Origin: Tubiluchus corallicola
Lineage: Eukaryota > Animalia > Priapulida
Assembly (NCBI GenBank): GCA_030141605.1
Contig: JAQGDQ010000964.1
Span: 11,565 to 75,564, forward strand
Length of the DNA: 64,000 nt
Direction: 5' to 3'
Under the pieces are notes generated by a model that was given only the letters and a program-made list of their open reading frames with translations, did no database searches and was not told where the DNA came from. The position numbers were made by a program, and so were the translations under genes. Within the stretch, counting starts at the first letter, position 1; every line of letters begins with the position of its first letter. Shown here in pieces: positions 53,351 through 62,300 of this stretch.

Positions 53351-56300
53351 GAGCACACACACATACGCACAGACACATACATACACACACACAGACACAC
53401 ACACACACACACACGAGCACGCACGCACGCACGCACACGCACACACACACACACGTGTCCAATCATGAATAAGCATGTACTTATATTTAGAAACCAGTTT
53501 TCGCAAAAGACACAATACAAATCCATAATATACAATCATAAGAATGCAGAAAACAACCAACTAAACCCACATCTCATCAACAATCTACAAATGATTTTGC
53601 GTGGGAACATACTAGGTCTGTAACGATGCACCTAAGTCACTATAGTAACGTTATGATACGATGCGTATCACAATACACATTGAGTTAATGTTTGTAGGCT
53701 TTAATAAAAGAAACTATATTAAGTTGTTGCTTAATCTAATATATATATATATATGAAAGGGTAAATTTAATCTTATTTTGTGTGAGAGAAATGTAAATTT
53801 TTCATGCAGAGGATGAAACTTGTCTGCCATAATTTTCTTTAACATTCATTAACATGTCATTAATGATGAGGAGTCAAATGTTCGTTATTCTTACAAAGAG
53901 ATTTATACAATTTTCATCCTTGGTCTTTCTGAATCTTTTTAAGGTAGTTAGCAAGCATGAAAAAAATTCGCATTACTGCAGTTCAGAACAGAAGAGATGG
54001 CTGTTTTATAAAACATAATTATTAGTGAATTATCAACATTTAGATTTTTCATTTTTTGAATAAAGTACGTTTTCTTACTGACCTTGCTGACTACATGAGA
54101 GACATGGGAAGAGGATGTTAATTACTCATCTATAAAACATCCTGGGTACAGTAAGTCCTCTCTTAACGACAAAATGCGACATTAAGCGAAACATCGTAAA
54201 ACGAAGCCAAGACCTCTACAGAAAGTAATGTAAAAGAATTGAGATACGTTCCAAACACAAAAATCAATACTGCTTAAATCATATAAGTTAAATATTCTAT
54301 GAGTTTCATTCATATTTCTACTGATTAATGTCTTCCTGTTTGCCTGAAACCATCTACATATTTTACTTGCCAGTGCCTAGCTATAGCAGTTTCTCTTTTG
54401 TTAATGTTTAAGTCTAGGCAGTGATTGAACAATAAACACTGCAGAGTCAAAATCAAGCTCTGGGGAGGCGACCTTGGGAATTTGACCTACCAAGCTTTGG
54501 GGGGGGGGCGACCTTGGGAATTTGACCTACATACTTAGTCTGGTTGCTATAGTAACAGGTTGCAGGCAAAATTGCTCGCAGGTCACTTGATACTTGAGAC
54601 AAACCAGTGTTCATACAGTAGTAGTGTCAGTAGTCAGTCGGTAAGGTATATAATGAATGTTGCATTACTATTTTTTAGAACAGAATAGCTAATTTGAACG
54701 TAATAAATAAAGTAAAATCCCTGTTAATAGTTTTCTAAATAGAAACAACAATTACAAAATGCATTGTTATCGAAAAACAATGATCAGAGCCAAAGCGAGG
54801 ACTTACTGTAACAGTGCTGTGCATAACTAGTCGTACTTTATACAACTGTCACATGATGCCAAAACCCTCCCAGAACTCCTCATGCCGGTGTATGTGGTGA
54901 TGATGTACGCATACGTATCCAACGGATTGTTATCCTCGAGTAGAGTGACACCTAGCTGAGGAAATACAAATGAACAACACTAAATTGTCGTTAATCTTCA
55001 ACACGAGTTCATAAAACAATAGAGACATAGACATAGACATTTTTATTTATCTCCTCATTTACACCTGTATACAAATTGACTATTATTTTTTTAGTTATTG
55101 ATTAAAAAGGATAAATTAAGCATAAAGGAAAGAGTTAAGGGGGTGCAGGAGAAAGGGTAGCGAAAGACCAATTGGTCATCGAGTCAGCTACCCTTCTCAG
55201 GTTAGTGAAAATTGTAAAAAATTTGTAGTGCTGCTGTTAACATGAATTTATGGGGGGATACATTAAACATGAAAGTGAAATAACTAAGTAAGCTATGCAA
55301 CAAAGAAATAAAATGAAAAATATGAAATGATGATTAACAAAATATGTAAAGCATTTAACTAACCGATTAAAACAAAAAACTAGAAAAAAGTCAAACCAAA
55401 AAAAACAAAAAAACATAAATAATAAATCAGTGAAAGAAACAAAATATGTATAATAAACTCAAACAAAATATAATGAAGCAAAGATATGCAATCGTGTCAA
55501 ATTAAGCGTAATGATAAAATACTATGCAACGCAAGAACTAGTGCAGAAAAATGGAGCAAACAAAATATGTAGTGAAATTTGAGTATGTGACTAAATAGAC
55601 TATATGGCTCAAAAAATATAATAAAAACTTAATGATAACTGTGACACTGTATAGAGGTTGTGATGAAAAAAGTGAAGCATCTTAAATCCATCATGAATGA
55701 TTGTTTACTAGTGAAATGACAAACCCGAAGCATGTCCTCTCTGTCCTTTCTCCTTGCGTACACAAACAACACAAAATAGAGGATCCACAGCGCCACCACG
55801 AATGATACCATCACCGGGTTGTCGAAAAACGTCAAGAAGAGGCCGATGTCTGTGAAGGGGTTGACCGTGTTGGGCATGACGAAGAACTGTCCAGCGAATG
55901 ATGACATGTGATAGCAGAGGCAGTGAATTTGACTCTCTGAGCGAAGTGAACCAACCTGTGAGGCAAAGAAGCCATTTTACAGAAGCCAAAGAAGCCATTT
56001 TACAGAAGCCAAAGAAGCCATTTTACAGAAGCCAAAGAAGCAATTTTACAGAAGCCTAAGAAGCCATTTTACAGAAGCCTAAACAATTCATCAAGATTCT
56101 ACTGCTACTTACAGTCAGATTGACACAATTTTGCACAAGTCATTACAGCATTTTTAGCATTTTTATCATGGTGTGATAGCCCACTCTTGAGTATCTATCA
56201 CTAGAGGGCGCTACACACACCTGATCATAAGACTTCCCTTTACTTCTTTGACACTTTCCCCAAGAGTAGCCACGTTAGCTGCATCACGCGTAGGCATAGT

Positions 56301-59300
56301 GGCTACTTCTCTGTGGTTTTAATTATTGTTTACGCTGCTAGTCTGAGTTAATTATATGTATATGTGTATTATATGTATTTATTATGCCTTTATGATATTT
56401 ATGTTCAAATTTAAACTTAATCTCACTAGTTTTACACACCTTATCCTGAAATCTTTGTCAAAATAATTGCGCATATTACTAATAGCAACATTACTTACAG
56501 GGTGGTTGACTTTGGTAACTTTTAGTTTATCGCCACCCTTTCACCAATCACTTGAACATCATTAACTCAGATAATTTATTCATTTAATAATCTTGTCACT
56601 TCGTATCATATTATTATTTCATGCTGTGTGTTTTTTTGTAAAAAAGGTGAAAATACATATGGTGGTGCAATAAAGCGTACAGTATATATAAAAAATAAAT
56701 AATAAAATTATATAATACATAATAAAATATATAAGAAATATATAAAATTTTATAAGAAAGCAAAGGAATCACACTCTTGTTACAGACATTCGTGTATCAA
56801 CATCAAAAATTTTAAGTCATTTTTTTTGCACCACCTGACGAATCCAGGAAATGTTTTTGACGTGTTGTGGGTTTGAACTCACCACACAGCCTTCGTGTTT
56901 CCATTGCTCAACAGAATCATCCCAGTACATGCATTTAAATGCACTGAATGTCAGGGTGATGTTTACCATTATCGGTTCAGGAATGGCTGCAAATAAAGCC
57001 AAAATGCATAATATTGAATGAATGCAGCATCAACATATAAGTGAACAGCAACAACAAGCGTATTCCTCATACTTCATTTCAAACTAAGATATGATCAGTA
57101 AATGGATCAGTGACCATAGGAAAACAGCTTCTAGACCAGTGTGTCTACCATACTCAGGGTTTCCACAGAAATTTAAAATAAATTTCCCTGACTAAATATT
57201 GATTTTCCATGACCAAGACAAGCACAAATTGCATCACCAGTATACGCATTCAAACATTTTTGTGTATGGACATTCATACATATACTGATATGTCGGACAA
57301 TCATTATTTTTAGTACAGAAATTGAAACTGGGAACCTGTCATAGCAAAATTCTTTTGAACACGAATTGCTGAAAAATACGTTTAGAAAAATAACTGTTCA
57401 CGGTGATTATTTTTACAACCCTTTCCAATTTCCCTGAGTTTTTGCCCCATTTTCATCATTTTCCCCAATTTTTGCCAAATTATCGTTTTCCCTGACTTTT
57501 CAATGACTTTCCATGAGAGCCTGTATTTTCAAGAATTTCCATGACCATGGGAACCCTGCATCCGTCACCCTTGGCTATTAGTCTATCCGAACATGACTGA
57601 GATTACTCTGGCAGTGGGGCATCACATCTTAGAAAGCCATACTTGACAATGAACTAAACTGCAATCATCCAGACATGCAACAATCAGTGACATTTCTGCC
57701 AGCAGCATGCCAAACTGTTTAAAAAAATTTCTCACCAGGTGGCGTAGCATTTGCACTGAGAAAACATGGCAACATACGAACCGTATCCAAGAAACTGCCA
57801 GTCAACCACTGCATGCATGGACAAGTGAATGTTAGATAACCTTCGACAATGGTTACCTAGGAAACAGCAAACAATCAGTACATATACGATCATTTATCAC
57901 AAGGTGGCCAAGAACAAATATAGCAACAATGCAGAATAAAAAAGTGAGTCATTTCCAATCCAGGTGAGAAGAGCAACATACATTTAGAGGTTGACTTAAT
58001 TTAGTATTTGGTCACTTGAGCAAGAGAATGTTTGCTTTATTTATTGTTTGTTGTTTATTTATTTATTTATTCATAATAACAGATAGATTTCTACACAATT
58101 GTAGAGATTAAACACAACGGTCTTGTCTTATTAAAGCAAAACCGGACTCGGTCTTAAACTGCAGGTTAAAACAGCATATAGTAATAATAGAAATAGCAAT
58201 ATTCTAATTTGGCCTTGCACTTCCTAGCACAGCCCTGTGTTTCAGACATTTTGTACAGTGAGACTTGTGTTTTAGTCTGATTTTACACCAGCTTGTAAAT
58301 GTGTCAAACCAACAACAATAATTTCACCAGCACATTCATTAAACAAACTTAGATTTAGTAATTGCAGTAGTAAGTCCTTGCTTAACGACTCCCCGTTTAG
58401 TGACGTTTTGTTGTTAACGACGCTGAACGCTGACATTATTTCCTCACTTAACGTCTTATATGTTTCATTTTAACGACAATTTTTTTGACTTTAGTAAAAG
58501 CAACTTTGTATTTTAGTGACAACTTCTATACCTATTTTAAAGCATTAAAACTGTACATTATGCTTTACTCAATTCTGAAAACAGTTGCTTCCCGACGGAC
58601 TGTCAAATGTTAATCGTTTACATCAAGCGATTAATATGTCACCAGGGATCAGGATGTAAACATTACGCAAAGGAATTTTGCCTACAACCTGTTGCTATAG
58701 TAACCAGTCTCTAAGGCTTAGCTTTCCATGGAGTACTTAACCATTAACTGCGTAAGGCTTCAACATTAACGAAAGAAAAACCGCCAGCTAGGTAATGGTA
58801 AGACAGATAGGTGATTTCACGCAAGCAGAAAGAAATTAAAAATACGAATGAAACTCAAAAAAAAACGTTTAATTTATATCACTTAAGAATTTGACATTGG
58901 AACGTATCACAGTTCTTTTACATTACTTTCTAGGGAAGACTTGGCTTCATTTAACAATGTTTGGCTTCCTAACATCACACATTGACACATTGTCAACCGG
59001 GGACATACAACAACAGACACAAATGTTCATAATTTTATACCTTCTCCAGCAACCATCCAGACATTAAACCTGCTGCATCGTGCCAGATGGTTATGTTTGT
59101 TATTAGACCCAAGGATGTCAAGTTATGATCAAACCAATCAGTCCTGTGAGATGCAAAGCAAAAACATAATTACAAAACTAAGCAGCATAATGATAATCAA
59201 TAAAAAATGTTTATTTTATTTATAATAAATGAACATCTAAACTAAGCTAGCAACGGCCCCGCAAAAAATTTTGCGTAAAAAAACACGTATAATCAATAAT

Positions 59301-62300
59301 GCGCGAACGTCCTACCTAGTCCTCATTTGTTTATCTAACGCAAAGCCAGCAGCAGCTTATTATTTATTTATTTATAAATGTTTATTTTATTCATTTATTT
59401 ATTTATTTTAGTTTATTTTAGATGAACAATCAAAAATTAGAATTGGCGAGACAGAGATGAAAAAATATTAACGTGTTCATGTTTAAATATTTATTCTAAC
59501 AGGTTACGATAGATATGACTGTTAAAGCATCAATATTTTAAAAGCCTTTTCACGGTTTCAGCGATTGATGATGATCGTGAAAAGGTCAAAGGTTAAGTGT
59601 ACCAGACAATGCATTTGTGTACACTTGACACCACCTGGCAGCCCACGCTATTGTAATAGTAACAGTTTTAACGGCTAGCTAGGACCTTACCTAGTTCATT
59701 TTTTCTTGTTCCTCAACAAGATCCTGCTAGTAAATCACACTACGCACAAACTAATGCATAATTAAGGTCCATGTAAAACAACTGAGGTTTACTGAACTGA
59801 TTCGGCAGATGGCTTTGCTTTACGCACAAGTCTCGTGGCAGCTGCAGTTAAGATGTGTTGCTGGTGCACACTTGACCTTTGACCTACAGCAACCGCACAT
59901 GTGCACAACGAAACTGTGAAAAGGCAGTTCTGGTCGGATGCCTGCTTGCAAAACTCTACACAGGAATATTCCTGCAGGACTGCAGAAACTTTGACAGCCA
60001 CCAACTGTCATCCATCCATCCTGCAATGCAGTTATCTTTAAAAGGTGACTTTGCACCTGGAAGCTAAAGAAGTTCCACTTTACGCCCGGCTTCAGCAAGA
60101 TTAAATGCATGAAAAACGACGGTCGACAAACAGCACGGCCTGGATGTGGCGATTATTAAAATACATTGTAACAATGTCCGTTAGCATTTATAGGAAAAAG
60201 GACAGTAACCAAGTGCGTGCTTAGTCATTGAAATTAGGCAATGCCAAGCCTGGTCAGTGAATGGATAAGTGATAACAGACATGTTCGATATTTGTTCATT
60301 TTCTATCAGTTCAGTGTCTCATGCTAGATGGATAGTTGTTAACAAACTAGAGATTCAAGATCTGCTCCAGCCATTTACTTGGGGTAAGAATGCCATATTG
60401 GAAACCACTTTTCACTTAGTAGAAAGCTACACTAATTTAAAACGTCGCTTTAATAATGATATTAAATAGATCAGTGTGCTTGCATAGCAAAATCATCCAT
60501 AAATCAGCAAACTTTTCTAGTTATTCACACATCCTGAATCTCCATTTCATGAGGATCATTTTGATACCAAGCTCATCATTTCATGTTATTTCTAAGCCAC
60601 ATTGAAGTTGAGGTGCAGGCTGCACAGTGAAAAACATAATCTTGAGAAAATCACTGTTAAAGTCAGCCATTGTTTCTTGTTGCGTTTCTACAAAACACTT
60701 AGCAACCGTACAAATGTTGGTTGCTATGGACTTTGCAAGAACACATTGAAGTTGTGTTTAAATTCAGCAAACAGCTCTTCCCGAGGAAAGCTGAGCCTGT
60801 AAACAGAAAACAACCCAAAGCAAAATCACTGCTTCCACAGGCTACTATCTGAGTTTCAGAAATATAAGTTTTTTTACAATTGCAGTACTAGTTTCTAGAT
60901 AGCAAAGTGGGTAAGCAATTATAGGATTAAATTTTTTAGTATTTTTTGAATATTTTCTGGATAGTTTAAGAATATTAAACTAGAATTACTTGCTAGAATA
61001 TAAAAATTCAATATATTTAGCGTTGATTTTTATAAAATACGAAAAATTGAGATTTGACCAAATTTTTCGGTATTCTACTTTGAAGCATCATAACATAGTT
61101 CTAACTATGCTGACTGATGGACGATTTTGGTTTGCAAACACACAAATATGGCTTATTACACAGTGAACGTAGAAACATGTTTACTTGTACTTACTGGCCA
61201 CGTATGAAGCCACCAGCAGCGGATAATTTTATTGTTGAAGAAGTTCTAAGTTCACCTTGTATTTTAACTAATACAGTAGCTCCAGTTCCGCTAAATTCAA
61301 TGTCGGCCGTGTGCGTACCGATGCGATAGTGACGTATGATATCTGAAAAATGTCAATGAACAAACCGCATTATCCAACTGTTCCTTTTTCAATGGAACAG
61401 ACGTAGGCAATCCTTCAAAGTAATACATTCATATCTCGGTTTGCCGGACAAAATCAGGGAAATGTGCATCGGAATTTGCCAAAGAATAACTGGGAAACGC
61501 CGGTCGGAAATTGCCGATTGTTAGTATTTATCGACACTAAGCTAATATAATAGGCACCGTGTATTAGACTCATGGTAATGTAGAATCAATTGCCTAATTG
61601 TCTCAAAAACGTCTAGTGTAGGCCACTCCTATGCAAAAGTACATAAAAACTGTCAACAATTGACTCAAATAACTTCGCACAATTGACTCCATATTTTTCT
61701 GCACATGCTTAAATAAGATAGTTTTGTGTGACCAATGAGCTTTTACTATTTTTATGTCGTCTTACTTGGCCTTTGTGCACTGTACAAGCTACACACGTGC
61801 TGCTGCACGCTGCTCGGTTGCACCGACGCAATGATGTAAACAAAGTGACAGTCCACTAACAACGGTCAGCTCGCAAAACAGTGGACTGTGCCCGTAGTAT
61901 GACTTTTTAATGGTCCACTTTTTGTCCGATTCTTCCGATATCCGTAAAAGCGAGGTCCGGCAAACCGAGATATTGGCAAGGTTTCTCATATTACCACACT
62001 CCGCTATCTAGGACACCAGGATCACACAAGAACATCAGCAGTGGTGAAGGAAATCAGGGAAATAGCCTACTGGCCATGATGTGCACAGGTTAAGCAAAGC
62101 AAATCTGGATCAGGAATGGATGGGTGACTGCCAGTTTAATGTTTGTTCTGGAAGGTTTTATCTACAGTACTGATTCTGGCTCTTTTCCACATTGAAAAGG
62201 GATATAAGGATTTATTCATTAGTAAATATATGCGAGATCTCTCTACAGAAAGAGAAAGAAGAATGAAAACGATGTTCTCACCTGGATCTTCGGTTGTTGG

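Noticed and set aside
52086-53623. Long HT/CV-repeat ORFs
   Set aside because: Stop-free (CA)n repeat inside an intron.
53894-53928. Candidate micro-exon ([11 protein letters not shown]) for the missing PLAT strand
   Set aside because: Its phases do not fit the flanking exons and it lacks the GT motif.
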